A DNA stretch of 64,000 nucleotides from the NCBI GenBank assembly GCA_964016885.1, contig OZ024743.1:163928001-163992000 (forward strand), written 5' to 3'. Every line of letters starts with the position of its first letter. The first letter of the stretch is position 1. The notes under the pieces are model-generated. The model searched no databases, was not told where the DNA came from, and saw nothing but the letters and a program-made list of their open reading frames with translations. A program made the translations under genes and the position numbers. Source of the stretch: Eledone cirrhosa. Lineage: Eukaryota. This document shows, one piece after another, positions 38,691-53,092 of the stretch.

Positions 38691-39367
38691 GTATATATAT
38701 ATATATATATATATTGTGCGCATGCACACATCACTAACCTATTTATGTTGTCTTCTTTGGTTTACATAACTTACTTTTTTTGTTTGTTTATGTATGGTGT
38801 TTGAATGAAAACGCGTATGTTTTAAGTGTGTGTTGGATTTTTATTTTTCCTTTTTTCTCCAAAGTAGATTTGTCCTGCTTTCATCTATTTATTATTTGTT
38901 TTTTTAATTATATTTGATAAATTTTCAAAATATATTTGTGAAGAGAGGATATAATGAAGGGGGTTGTGTTAGATGAAAAAGAAAAGTGTGTGAGATGCGT
39001 ATAAAGAAAGCGATGAGAAATAAAATGTCATGCTCCAGGACATAATGTGGCACCGGGAATTGTATTCATGACCTCACGATCATGAGTCGAAAACCTTAAC
39101 CACTGAGCCACACGCCTTCTTAAAGATAGCTAGATAAAAAAAAATTATGCCACACAGGCAATATGGGCCAGTCATCTCTTAGTTCTGGTAGAGGAGTTGT
39201 TTTCTTCTTGTTCCTCCTCTTCATCTTCCTCCTACAGATCCATTTCCCCTCTCTACTCTTTCTTCTACTACTACTACTCCTTAAACATGTGTTTGTGATG
39301 CATTCATGTCACATTTTAGATGCGTTTTTCTCTGTATGTGTGCATGTATTATGTATGCATGTATGTA

Positions 39368-39717
39368 TCATCATCATCATCATCATTTCATTTTACGTCC
39401 GCTTTTTCCCTGCTTGCAAGGGTGGGACGGGAACTGATTCTGGCTTGATTATTCCAGCTGGATGCCCTTCCTAACACCAACCTCATTTACAGTGAGTGCT
39501 GGGTGCTTTCTTTTTGCCGTGGCACCTCCACGACCCCTTTGCAGTGGAATGATAGGGACCCCAGTCCTATCATCTCATTTCTACAGCTGAGTAAACTGGA
39601 GCAATGTGAAATAAAGTGTCTTGCTCAAGGAAACAACACATCACCCGGTCTGAGAATTGAACTCACAACCTTTCGATTGCAAGGCCAATGCTCTAACCAC
39701 TAAGCCATGTGTCTCCA
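39368..39717 (-). mobile_element. SINE family A, full length
   Basis: Near-identical to the other copies. Confidence 0.9.
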
Positions 39718-39745
39718 TTCTATACTTTCTTATATGTATATAAGG

Positions 39746-39774
<29 letters not shown>

Positions 39775-39776
<2 letters not shown>

Positions 39777-40600
39777 AGGTTTGTCCCATAAGTAAGGGTA
39801 CTGATGTTTTATTTAAATGTATATTAGATGTACATGAAATTAGAAGATATCTCCTTCAAAATATGTCCATTGGGAAGTCACAGTTATTCCAACGTTTTAC
39901 CCATTAATTGTAGCAGTACCGAAAGTCATTTTCTGTGAGTGTCTTTATTTCGTCAGTTACAATTTTTTGTATGTTTTCCACAGTCTCAAAATGATGACCC
40001 TTCAACTTCAATTTCAACTTAGGGAAGAGGTAGAAATCACATAGAACTAGATCTGAACTGCAGCGATGATGTGAAAGAATGGGAATATTTTTCTTTGTCA
40101 GAAATTATCTAATTGAAAGTGCTTTGTGAGCAGGTGCTTTATCGTGGTGCAGTACCCAATCCTTCAATGTCCTTTCGGACTCGCTGAAGTTGTTCTAAGA
40201 CATCTTTGTAGAAAGTGCAATTAACTGTCTGTCCTGGAGATAAAAATTCTTTGTGAACAATACCACAGCTGTCGAAAAAAATGACAATCATCGTTTTCAC
40301 CCTGGATCTGTCATGTGTTCTTCTTCGGACAAGGAGAATTTTTAGAGTGCCACTCCTCTTTTTGCTGTTTTGTCTTTGGATTGACTCAAACACCTATGAT
40401 TCATCTCCTATTATTTGAATGGTCCAGACCTTGTACCAAGGGATGTTGTTTCTTCCTCAGCGAACATTTTAGGATATTACAAGGTTTGTTGTCTGCGAGC
40501 AATAATTATTTGAACTCTAAGAACGAAATTTTTAGAGGATGTCTACATCTCAAAGGCCAACTCCTTGCTAAGTGGAAACACTCAACGAATTCAACTGATC
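39775..40600 (-). mobile_element. mariner transposase remnant
   Basis: GDES.VF, KTMIVIFFDSCGIVHKEFL.PGQTVN..FY, LHHDKAPAH, SSDL..CDFYLFPKLK..LKG; TIR-like end near 39775. Confidence 0.85.
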
Positions 40601-40850
40601 TTCAACCACCTTGATATTGATTTCTATACTTTCTTAATAACCTTTTTTTTTCTTCACTTACTCTTACATATTATGGTACACCTTCTATACTACTTAACTA
40701 CAAAACTTAAATAATTATAAAAATCTCTATATTACTTACCACCACATAATACCATACATCTGTTATATTGAGTACACACAAACACTAACATGGCCATTTC
40801 AGGTTTACATCTTGAGTTATTTCCCTTTGTTATATTATGTTAATAATATA

Positions 40851-41097
40851 CAGTAGTCCCCCGGTATTCATGGAGGTTATGTACCCAGAGCACCCGCGAA
40901 GAGTGAAAAACCACGAATATTGAACGTGGTCCATAAAAATGCCTATAAACGCTAAAATATAACGTAAAATGAAAAAAAAAAGAGGGACCATCTTATGCGA
41001 AGGTGCGTCCAATAGGTCAGCAAATATGGTATATTGTTATTAATAATTTAGCGTTAAAAAATATGTATTGCCACGTAAATGGGGGGGGGCTACACTG
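40851..41097. mobile_element. Tigger/pogo-type MITE
   Basis: TA|CAGTAGTCCCCC ... GGGGGCTACACTG|TA. Confidence 0.65.
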
Positions 41098-41363
41098 TAT
41101 ATATATTTTTTTTCATAAAGAAGCGTTTAACACGCTATATCTTTTAATGGTATCTTCAAACTCACCCAAGTGTCTGATGACTTTGTCACAAATTTTATTG
41201 CTCTTCCACCTTGCACACCATGCACATTCAAGGGAGATGGTCATAATTGGACCTTGAAACATTAGCTACCACTTTTTGTTCTGTGTATTGACATAAATAT
41301 ATAATATATCAGCTCTCTTACCACATTGAGCACTGTTTTCTTTTTTCATCCGCCGATTTTTTA

Positions 41364-41407
<44 letters not shown>

Positions 41408-41539
41408 TCATGTAACGTTCGTTTTCTCTATATATGTGAATATTTTTGCCATGTATTTATCTAAGCGTACACATGTATGTATGCATATAGGTTGTAAGTA
41501 TCTCTTGGTAAGCATTCATCCTTAAAATTATTAGAATAT

Positions 41540-41880
41540 TTTACATATTTTGAAGGTTCTAGATATTGTGGCCATTTGATCTTATACATTCAGGAGCAAC
41601 GATCTTTCTCAACAAATCCAAGCTCAGTTATGCTTTGATCCAGGCTGATTGGTATATAATCTGTAGCTCCAATAATGACAGGTATGAAGCTGAACATGTA
41701 TTTTGGATACTGGATCTGCAAACTCCTCATTATAGGTATCCTCCTCCTTTTACATTTTCCTTACCACATTGACATCAAGTGGCCAGCTTCTACAACAGAG
41801 CATATTTTTAATGTGTGTTCCCTAATAACAATAGCAGGCTGGTTTTTCTTTAATTTGGTGGCAGTTTTTCTAGGTTCAGG
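41540..41880 (-). mobile_element. R4/Dong- or NeSL-like restriction-like endonuclease 3' remnant
   Basis: Hand translation KTATKLKKNQPAIVI...CSVVE..LDVNV..EDTY..LQIQYPKYMFSFIPVIIGATDYIP...ELGF. Confidence 0.65.
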
Positions 41881-41921
41881 GGTGAAAATTTAATTTTCAT
41901 AAAAAATTTTCATATAAAAAT

Positions 41922-44900
41922 TTATAACAACAATGACAACAACAACAATGATGACAACAACACCAACAGCAGCAACAGTAATGCCAACAACTCCACAAAC
42001 AAGGGAAAAAAGGTTTCGTTTGCACAAACTGTCCAAAAGACAGAACTATATAGACAGATTGACATCTCTAATGCCGGAGAATTGCTAAGAGATGCCAAGC
42101 AATATATAACTTTTGGGGAGAATGGCGCTTTTAGCATCACTTCTCCTCAAGAATTGCATAGAGACACTGTCCTGAAAACTATAGTTTTTAGGACAATCTC
42201 AAATACCACCAGAAAACCAGCTCAATTAACTCAAAACGACATTGAGCTGGTTCTAAGAAACTCCATGAAGGACATTACCTTCATACAGAAGGGAAAACTC
42301 TTCGGGAGTTTATCAATAATAATGAAAGACCAATTGACGGCACAGAAATATTCTGTGTCACCAATTGTGTCCCCCCTCTACACCTTTTTCCCCACATATA
42401 TGGGAAAAAGGACCCCAAAAATAAAAGTAACAAATATCACACCAAATGTAAACATCTGGTGGATATTAGCTGGTTTCATCAATTTTGATGAAGACACAGT
42501 AATTTCGGTAGGAAAGTCCTCCAGGGGCACATTTAACGGTACAAGCTTAGAAGTTCTGGTCCAAATGAAACCAGAACGGATAGCTAGAATACCACAACGT
42601 GTGCCTCTGGATGGAAATTCCTACATAAACATTTCTGTTGAGGGTAGGCGGCTTCATGTTACCAGTGTTTAAGCAGTGGTCACCTGAGGGCTTCCTGTCC
42701 TCAATTAACTGCATTAAAAAAAAGGCATTACTGCCAACACCCAACACAACAACACAACAACCACCACCACCACCACAACAACAACACACAAAAATAACAA
42801 AAACAAACCAAACTGCAAACACAGTCCCACCCAACCCCTCCCCACCTAAAACAACTCCAAAAACACCCACAAGCAATCAAACAGACACCACAACGGACGA
42901 AGCCCCCTCGTCATCACTCAGTGATGATGAGGGAGAGCCCCCCGCTCCAAAAAAAGGAAAAAAAGACATAACACGAATAAAAAGGCAACAAATACACAAC
43001 CACCAACACAAACAACACAAACATTACAAACAAAAATCCCCCCTCCCGAAAACAAAACAATGACAACACTCCAAACACAAATACCCACAACAAAACGAAA
43101 ACACACACAAGAACAACAGACAAAAACTAACTCAACACAACAAAGATATTATACATAGATAAACACTGACAATAAAACCTTTTTGGAGGTCATCTCGAAA
43201 AACCCTTCCGTGGAAACCGAAGGAAAATATTTTACCAAATGTAAACAAACCTAATTTAAGGATGATTAGGGTCCCTACGGACACCTATAAGTCCTTAAAG
43301 GAAAACTTTGCTGAGGACGTGGGGTATATGTGTGTTAAACCAACGAACCGCGTCCTCTTGAAACATTTCCCCACCTCCACCCTACCAGACACCCCTCCCC
43401 ACCAAAGATCTCTGTCCCCACCCCGCCAGGAACCACCACCCTACCAAACAACCCCTCCAACACCCATGGACATTGTGCAGGAGACGAAGAGGTGGGTGAT
43501 TTCTTTTCCTCTTCTTTTAACTTTTCAGCACCAACATGGCCAATATAAGAGTTGGATGTGTGAATGTAACGCGGCCTGGGGTTGCCCTGTAAACAGGGCA
43601 AACTCTTAAACAACCTCAGGTCGCACAGTATGGATGTAGTAGCCATTTACGAGTCCAGGATCCACAGCGAGCGACAGCTGTCCCCCATCTTCGACGACTT
43701 TGAGATCTACGCATCTCTCTGTCAGCCGGGAGGTGGGGGCGGGGTTGCCGTTTTGCTGCGGAAACACCTGGACCTCGTAACACAGAAGATACATCTGGAC
43801 CCGGAGGTGATCCTAGACGTTGACGGTAGTGAAGGTGGAGCCTTCAGGCTGGTGGCCGCATATGCCCCATCCGGGATACCGCGGCCAGACTTCTTCAAAC
43901 GTCTAGAGACTTTTCTGGGAACGTCCCGCTCCTTGCTATTAGTGGGGAACTGGAATGGAATCCTAGATACACGTTGGGACTGAGTGGGAGCATGTCCCGA
44001 TAAAGGGGGGTGTAACAGTCTCAAACAGTTAATCGGCCGATTTGACCTGGCCGATAGATATCGGCTAGATTTTCCGACTGTGCCACTGTGGATGTGGACT
44101 AATCGTGGCGGAACATCTAGATCGTACCTAGATAGGGTTCTAGTTAGAAATAAAGATAGGGACATGTTAAGCTGTCCACAAATGTTCATGGTTGCCTATT
44201 CAGATCACAAACTAGTGACCTGCATGGTCAACCTTGATAGAACCCATAGACAAGGACCCAGCTACTGGAAGCTGAACTTGTCGTTACCGACATGCAAAGC
44301 CTACAGTAGACCGATTAACACTTTAGTTAAACAGCACTTGACAGGGGCCATTGTCAACAACAGATGGTGGTACTCTCTCAAGAGGGCAGTTAGATTAGAC
44401 TCGTTAGTTTTTAGTAAAGGATTAGCGTTAAATAGAAATAGGACCGAGAAGGAACTGATAGATAAAGTAGAAGAGGCAATTAGAAGTGGCAACATAGCCA
44501 GCGTGCTAGCAACGAGAACAGCCTTGGACCAGTTCTTCGACGCAAAGCACGAGGACTGCGTTGTAAGAAGCAAAATACGTGCTCTGGGTAACAAGGGAGC
44601 CAAAGCTGTTAGCTGGGCCTGGGTGACGGAGGCAAAAAGTGGCAACAAGTCCACGATTCGGTCTTTGAAGGACCAAGACAGACGCGTGATACGTGAGCCG
44701 AAGCAGATGTGCGAGGCCTTTCAGCAGCACTTTGCTCAGCTGTTCTGGCAGGGCGGCGCGCCGGGAGGGGCTATGGATTTTGGTCCATACCTCGACGGCC
44801 TACCGCGACTGTCGGACAGCGAGGCGAAGTTCTGCGAAAAGCCGATTTCAGCCACTGAGATAGGGGGCGCGCTGAGCCAATGCGGCAAACGCAAATCTCC

Positions 44901-47120
44901 AGGTCTCGACGGTCTACCCTACGAATTTTACGTAGCAATACCGGACTTGTTCTCTGGTCTCCTGGAAGCGGTCTACTGCAACTGGCAGCAGAACGGGAGA
45001 ATTCCCACTTCTGTGACCAGGGGCGTAGTCACACTAGTCAGGAAGGACGAGAATAAGGGGGATGTCATAGGCAACTTCCGGCCCATAACTCTGCTAAACA
45101 CAGAGTTACAGATGTTGGCCAAGGTGTTGGCAAAGAGGCTGGCGATTGTCGTTGAGAACCTGGTGGGAGAAGCGCAGACATGCGCAATCCCGACCAGGTC
45201 CATACACGACAACCTCCACCTCATGCGATACATCATAGAGAGGGTAGGGTGTAAACCCGGCTTCGGATCAACTTGGATCAGTCTAAGGCTTTCGATAGGG
45301 TTGACCATTGTTACCCAGATGCGGGCTCGAGGCGGCAGGCTTTGGACCCGTGTTCAGGGGCTGCAATGCACAACAGCAACATCTGCTCAAGCGTCAAGGT
45401 GAACGGCTACCTCTCAGAGCCGTTCCATATCACGCGATCCATTCGACAGGGATGCCCGCTCTCCTCCCTTCTGTACGTACTGACTTTCAAGCCACTACTG
45501 CGGAAGTTAGAGCTATTGCAGGGCATCCCTCTGGAACCGGGACTGCGGAAAGCGGCGTCGGCCTATGCCGACGACGTCACAGTAATGGTGTCGAGCACCT
45601 CGCAAATCGAGGAAGTTGGCACCTTCCTGAAGGAATACGAAAGATTCACAGGAGCGAAGCTGAACCGGGACAAGTCCATCGGTTTGCAACTCGGGTCGTG
45701 GAGAGGCAAACCGATGCCTTCCGATGGCGTTGTCGGACGCTGGGCGGAAGGACCGGTAAAACTGTTTGGAGTCTGATTTCGTCCGGACCTCCAGGTGGAG
45801 AAGAACTGGAACGAGGTGACGGCCAAGGAGTTTGTACTCACCCAGAAGTGGGCCGAGTGCAACCTATCCTTGAAAGGTCGAGCGGAGGTGGCGAACACTT
45901 TTATAGCGTCCGTCATCTACTACTGCTTGACCGTCGTGCCTTCTCCAGCCAAAACGTTCACCAAAATGGAGCGCGCGCTCTTCCAATTCCTTTGGAAGAA
46001 GCGGGCTCCATCTGCTGCCAACACCCTTCAAACGGAGGGCTGGGGATGCCATGGCTGACGAAGCGCAAACACGCGCTCAGGCTGCGGCACCTCCACGTAT
46101 TCCTCACCGGACAACCGGTGTGGCGAGCATTCCCACGACTCGTTTCGCTGACCGAGCTGCAGTCCTGGGTCAAGCAAAGACCGAGGAAAATGGGCGACTG
46201 GCACATCGAATGTGCTCAGGCGCTGGCAGGCGGACCCGGCGATCAGTGGAGACTCCACTTCGTCATTCTATAGAGGGTTGGTCCGCAGCAAGTGCGACGA
46301 CGCGCTCGGAGAAACTCTAGGCGTAGACGAACTGGCCAGTCTGTTCGGTAGAACCTTCCGCCCGTGACCGATGGACAACTTCCAAAAGTCCCTGGCCTGG
46401 CAGTGCTACCGAGGAGCCTTACCAGTTCGAGACAAGCTCTACAAACACGGGCGCCCAGGCAGGGACCCTTCGAAAAAGATCTGTCCGAGATGCGTGCGCG
46501 ACGAGGAAACCGTCGCGCACGCATTTGTACACTACCCAGGCGTTACCGACCTGTGGGGCTATGTAGAACGACTATTGTCGCGGGTGGGACCAGTCCAGTT
46601 GACCACCGAGTCCATTGTCATAATCAAACCGCCACCCTCCTTCAAAAATGAAGGAGAGGCGGTTTTCCTTTGTGTGATAGCTATGGCGAAAGAAGTTGTA
46701 TGGTGGACGAAGTTGAAAGGGCTGAGGTCAGACACCTTTCTCTTCGGCCAACAACTGATTCTTTTTTTCAAATACCACTTTGGAAGAAGAATCAGGATGG
46801 AGAGAGAGGTGCTGTACCCCAGCAATTTTAATGAAAGGTGGGTGAAAGTGGCGAGAACGGTCCGAGTGAATGGGCCTTCTCTCTATATCAGCCTGTAGGT
46901 TGAGGAAAGGGGTACAAACTCTTCGTACTCCTGGAGATGAGGGTTGCACATTTTTTTCGGGGGTATGTGTTACCCATATGTAATGTCTCCCTCTATTGGG
47001 GAAAATCGATTAACTTTTAAATTACATTTGTAATAATATTTTACACTTTTTTATTGTATGTAAACTTCCCCCTTTGTATTTGTCCCCTTCTTTTGTGCGC
47101 CTGTGGCTAATAAAGAAACA
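41922..47120 (+). mobile_element. Second L1/Tx1-clade element (divergent relative of 9945-15399), decayed
   Basis: ORF1 homologous (P.YMGKRT.K, WW.L, VQMKPE, EGRR); ORF2 from ATG 43536 with APE, RT (AYADD) and CPRC..ETVAH; 3' GTGGCTAATAAAGAAA. Confidence 0.93.
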
Positions 47121-47437
47121 TATCTATCTATTTATGTTACTAATGGTAACGTGTAATCCAGTGCGTGGTTGGGTCGTCGGCAACTAAACCGGTAACCCTA
47201 CCAAGCTTGCTTGGTGAGGAGGCTGATTTTGGACACCCTGTGGGATGAAAAACAGAACCCATCAAAGGGAAGACGAACTCAAGAGACTCAACAGCCACCC
47301 AATAAAGATTTTTTTTGTAGGGCGAGAGACTTGTAGACATCATTAAGACATCTCGTTAGGAGGAGGTCACTCTGATATAAAGCCTTTCCTCACTTAATAT
47401 ATATATATACTATATATATTATATATATTATATATAT

Positions 47438-47846
47438 ATGCCCCACACCCTCCCACTGCAAAGTGGTCGTGGAGGTGCCACGGCAAAAAGCACCCAGCCC
47501 ACACTGTAAAGTGGACGTGTAGGCGCCACGGAAAAAAGCACCCAGCACTCACTAAATGAGGTTGGTTTTAGGAAGGGCATCCAGCTGTAGAAATCAAGCC
47601 AGAATCAGTTCCCGTATGAGCAAGGCATGGTCAGCCGACCGGACACTGCCCACAACAGGACAACCCGTCTAACCCATGCTAGCATAGAAGAACGGACATA
47701 AAACGGTGATGATGATAATGATGATGATATATATATATATAATTGTTTCTACTTCAGGCACAAGGCCAGCAATTACCCAGTGCATTACTGGTACTTTATT
47801 TTATCGACCCCGTAAGGATGAAAGGCAAAGTCAACCTCGGCGGGAT
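47438..47846. mobile_element. RTE-A 3' UTR (+, 47438-47727) and truncated SINE-B (-, 47740-47846)
   Basis: Homology to 36783-37025 and to SINE-B. Confidence 0.82.
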
Positions 47847-47866
47847 TATATATATATATATATAAT

Positions 47867-48577
47867 ACTAGCAGATTGGCATGTTTATCCCTCCTTTCTG
47901 AAACAGTACAGAGAAGTACTGAATACCCCAGCCTGGAGATGGTGTCTACATTTTGTGCTTATAAAAAAAATTTGTCGTAGATTACCAGGGATTTAACTTA
48001 ATTGGGTAGCTGAGATTAAAATGTTTAACCCACGAAAGCCAAGACGATAGGGTTAAGTAAAAAGGCATTCGACAAACCGAACATTTATTTGTTGTGCTAT
48101 GGTAGAATGAAAGTTACAGAGCAGTAAGTGCAGTGGTGGAGAGCATGAAGGAATTTAGTAGGATACTTTTAAGGTTACAAAAATCTACCCAATCTGATAT
48201 AGACCGAACTGTTATATCGGATGCTGAACGCTTCGGAGTTACTATTGGGGTCACCATCAACAATTTCAAGGGATGTACGTTTAAGTAGGGATAATATAGT
48301 CTATAAAGAGAGGTAACTCTTTCAAAATACTAATGAGTTGTCTCTCTTGAACATTATAGACAAAATTGCCGACAAAAAGGGCTTAAAGTTTTAGAGAAAA
48401 AAACGCCTTTAACAACATAAAATTAAAAATAAAAGCTGCAGTTAATATCTTTAGACCGCAAGGAATATATAAATGCTAGTTTGAAGTCAATCGTAATAGA
48501 AATGTGAATTTGTATAGACTTTGCCAAAATTAGGACACACACACACAGACAACTTCAGTTTTATATATATGTATAGA
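47867..48577 (-). mobile_element. Non-autonomous Helitron
   Basis: 5' TCTATACATATATATAAAACTGAAGTTGTCTGTGTG and 3' CTGCTAGT. Confidence 0.7.
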
Positions 48578-48579
48578 TA

Positions 48580-48645
48580 TTTTATTATGCGCATTTCGAA
48601 AATAACATCATCCTGGGACAAAAATTGTGTTCTCATCAGATAAAA
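48580..48645 (-). ncRNA. Minimal type-I hammerhead ribozyme
   Basis: TTTTAT-CTGATGA-GAA..TTC-GAAA-TGCGCA-TA-ATAAAA: intact core, palindromic TGCGCA in stem III. Confidence 0.8.
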
Positions 48646-50855
48646 TAAGGTAACATGATATGAGGCCTAAAAACACTTGTGAACAAGAAAGTGTTCAGTC
48701 TACATATGACAAAAATATAAGAGAAGAGAAAAAATAGGAGAAATGAAGAAAAGGAAAGAAGGAAAAGGAAAAAAGAAATAGAAGAGAAGAAAAAAGAAAG
48801 AAAGAAGGAGAAGAGAAAGAGAGGGAGACTTTTGATCGGGAACGCTGTCAAAAATGATAACAGCTGTAAATAACGTCTCAAAAAATAAATAAATTGATGA
48901 GGTGTATGTGCTAATATTACAAATATTAGAGGTCTAGAATATAGAAACTGGGTATATTATTTTATATTGAGTTTGAATACTAAAAATTGGATTAAGAAGT
49001 GTAAAAATGTATTAATAAAATTAAATTAAATTAAAAATAATTATAATAATTATAAAAAAGATTTTTTAAATAAAATAAAATAAGATAGAATAGAATAAAA
49101 ATAAGAATAGTCTATCTATGTCAAAATTAAAAATTACTATTAAAATGTTATATATGTGGGGTATACTATATAATTATTTTATATCAACAAGTAAATAAAG
49201 GAAATTACTAGAAAGGTTTATAAACGTAGAAAGACATAAGACGTCATAGTTTGTTTACAAAATCTACGAAGGTTTGAACGAAAATTTAAGGCAATGGAGG
49301 AAAAAAGGTGAAAGGCTTAAAAATGCAGAGAAAAGAAAACTAATACATTGTAGAATATAATGAAATATGTGAGAAAAAATGTGTGAAAAGATATATGTGT
49401 AAAAAATATATATGTGTAAAAAATTAACCGTTATTCGTGGAATATGTTATAAGACATTAGCTGTATACTTTGTGAAAGGTCTTAAAAGATTTATGATTAC
49501 AAAGACCAAATAAGTCTGTACATCTATTTATTAAAGAGTTGAAATTCGAGATAATGGTAAATTTTTCAGCTAGACATAAATTACAAACCCTAGATATGGA
49601 AGCATTGGAGTAAGGAAAAGCATTGCAAATTTTACGCCAAGAAATTTCGTAATTAATGTTTTTGTCTTTTAAGGACCAAATAAGTTCTGAGAGTGCGGTG
49701 ATGGTCCTTTTAAGTGGATATTTGAATGTGGGAAGAATGGTTATAGAGTCTTGCTTTGAAAGAAGTAGAAGTAGAGCCAATGTAGGTATAGGTATTGGTA
49801 CTAGTTACCACTTTACATTCGTATATTAGGTTTTTATTGAGACAGAAATTACTAAGAGGACAATTAGTTCTAATAGGGAAGTTGCATTTACGATTAAGAT
49901 TATTAACAGAGTTATTTACCAGTGGCCCAGGATTATTTATAATAGAAACTGGGATGGTGGAATTCACTAAAGGAGGTGCTAAGGTTTCCTGATTTGAAGC
50001 ATTCCTCAAAGATACGTTTGACATCGTATTTATATTTGTTATTTTGCCTAGAGTTTACATTGACGTCGGGCCTTAGAGTGTTGTTATTATGATTCTCATG
50101 GTTGGATGCATATGAGTTATTATTTAATATTTTAGAATTATGTCTTGAGATAATTTTAGAAATGTTGGAAGTAGTGGAATATGATAATTTAGTGGTATGC
50201 TTATTAAAAATCTTGCTATATATATATGTGAAGGGGGGAAGCTGTTATCTAAATCCCTAAAAAATAATTTAGGGATATTACTAATAAGTGAAAGAGAGAA
50301 TGGAGCGTTGTACCAAAAGAAATTTTTATATCTAGGTCTCCTCCTTTTCTTACTGGTATCATTATTACTAGCTACATTACTATAAGTTCTGCCAAGATTA
50401 GTTTCCTTAGTGTATCTAATTTTGTCTGGATAACGCATTATTATAATAGTTGGCATTAGCATCGAAGATATGTTTATTAGAGGATAAATTAGAAATTCTT
50501 TTTTCAACACTTCTGACTATAGCAGTTTTAACATTATTAGGGTGGTTTGATTTAAAGTTAACATAATTTAGGTTCTCATTATCCTTATGGTATGGGTAAT
50601 ATAGGTCGGTATATTAGGGATATATCGAGGAAATTTGGTAATTTATCATTATTCTCAAATTCTATTTTTAAGTTAAGATGCTTAAATAGTTCAAGTATAT
50701 TTTTCTTAATAATATTAAAGTTTACTTTGTTACAATTTAAGACAGTAAAAAGAGCATCATCACGATATATTCCACCGCGAAGTTGAGGAATTTTCCAATT
50801 TAAAGAGTTCAAGATGAAAATTCCAAACAAGTCTGTCAATTGAGCTGAATCCAAC
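48580..50855 (-). mobile_element. Penelope-like element, 5'-truncated (RT C-half, GIY-YIG, 3' region)
   Basis: SAQLTDL, GIYRDD, NFLDISL, WYNAPFS, CPL..CL..LIYEC.V..YIGST..FK.R..NH, CNLCLAEK..C.H. Confidence 0.9.
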
Positions 50856-50896
50856 GATATATATATATCCGATATATATATATATATATATATATA

Positions 50897-51242
<346 letters not shown>

Positions 51243-51517
51243 GCAAGACAGTTTATTTCACATTGCTCCAGTTTACTCAGCTGTAGAAATGAGATGATAG
51301 GGACTGGGGTCCATATCATTCCACTACAAAGTGGTCGTGCAGGTGCCACGGCAAAAAAGCACCCAGCACTCACTGTAAATGAGGTTGGTGTTAGGAAGGG
51401 CATCCAGCTGTAGAAACCAAGCCAAAATCAGTTCCCGTCCCACCCTTGCAAGCAGGGAAAAAGCGGACGTAAAATGAAATGATGATGATGATGATGATAT
51501 AATATATATATATATAT

Positions 51518-51566
51518 AAACGAATCGAATGTTATTATTAATATTAGAAAATTTCAGATTACATTT

Positions 51567-51627
<61 letters not shown>

Positions 51628-51710
51628 TATAATATATATATATATATATATATATTATAATAAATGTAATCTGAAATTTTCTAATATTAATAATAACATT
51701 CGATTCGTTT
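51518..51710. repeat. Palindrome (about 57-bp unique arms) centred on (TA)n
   Basis: AAACGAATCGAATGTTATTATTAATATTAGAAAATTTCAGATTACATTTATTATA is mirrored. Confidence 0.92.
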
Positions 51711-51776
51711 GCAATGTTATAGCCATGTCAGTAGAATGAACACTTCATTCTTGCTCTTGTGTTGGCATTCGAACAG

Positions 51777-51824
51777 AACTGCAGACACTAATGTTTCTGG
51801 GTATCACCCTTCATCAATACAGCT
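51777..51824 (-). ncRNA. Type-I hammerhead motif with one core substitution
   Basis: AGCTGTA-tTGATGA-aGGGT gat ACCCa-GAAA-CATTAGTG-TC-TGCAGTT; 7-bp stem I, GUC triplet. Confidence 0.65.
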
Positions 51825-51849
51825 CACTGTTCACAGTGAGTGCAAGCTA

Positions 51850-53092
51850 TGTCGGTAAAGTGAGAATAGGAATGGAGTTTAGTGAGGAATTCCAGATACA
51901 AGTAGGTGTACATCAAAGTTCGGTCCTCAGCCCACTCTTGTTCATTATAGTCTTCCGAGGTCAACTTTGCCTTTCATCTTTACGGGATCGATAAAATAAA
52001 GTACCAGTAATGTACTGGGTAATTGCTGGCCTTGTGCCAAAAATAGAACCAATTATATATATATATACATAACAGAGTTTAAGACTGGATGCCCATGGGA
52101 ACTTCTCTATGCTGATCTGGTTCTTATAGCAGAATCAGTAGCAGAGCTAGAGAATAAATTCTGGCTATGGAAACAGCAGTTGGAATCAAGAGGCCCGAGA
52201 GTGAACATAGCTAAAACAAAAGTGTTGATAAGTAGAAGAGAGGAAAATACTCTGATTCCATCAGGGAAATGCCATGTTCGATATGTAGGGAAGGAATTGG
52301 CATACATTCCTTAAAATGTACGCAATGCCGATCAAGAGATGTAGTGGGATAGCAGGTAATCTAACAGGTAGGGAAAACTACGTATGCAGTAGATGCACAG
52401 GGAAAGTTGGCAGTAGTAATCACTGTGATAGACTCATTTTTCCAATGCATGCGGGTTCTATAGAAGTGGTTGATAGCTTCCGGTACCTAGATGATCAGAT
52501 TAGCATGGGAGGGGGAGGGGGTGTTCCGAGGCCATAGTATCTAGAATAAGGACAGGTTGGATGAAGTTTAGAGAGCTGCTTCCTCTTGACAAAGAAGGGT
52601 TTCTCCTTGCATACGAAAGGACGGTTATATGATGCCTGTGTGAGATGCGCGATGCTGCATGGTAGTGAGACATTGGCAACAACTGCAGAAGATATGCGAC
52701 GGCTGCAGAGAAATGAAGCAAGTATGCTCCGTTGGATGTGCAATACCAATGTGCGTGAACGACCAAGCATAGACGAGTTGAGAAAGAAACTGGGTATAAC
52801 AGAGATAAGTTGTGGTGTGCAGGAGAGAAGGCTGAGATGGTATGGACATGTGATGCGCATGGAGGATGGCCGCTGGGTGAAGAAATGCCAGGAAGTCCCG
52901 GTGGAGGGAAGATGCAGTAGAGGTAGACCACGAAAAACATGGGTGGAGGTGGTGAGTGCAGACTTCAGATCGCTGAAACTCACCGAGGAGATGATGAAGG
53001 ACCGTGACAAGTGTAGAGATGCTGTGCTGAATAATACCTCTCCAACTCTTGCAAGCAGGGAAAAGCGGACGTAAATGATGATGATGATGATA
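51850..53092 (+). mobile_element. RTE family B 3' half interrupted by a truncated SINE-B (51955-52055)
   Basis: ORFs 51791, 52316 and 52586; tail CTTGCAAGCAGGGAAAAGCGGACGTAAATGATG. Confidence 0.9.

Noticed and set aside
43984-45402. Longest ORF (472 aa) as a host gene or active RT
   Set aside because: Fragment of Tx1 ORF2 bounded by a stop and frameshifts.
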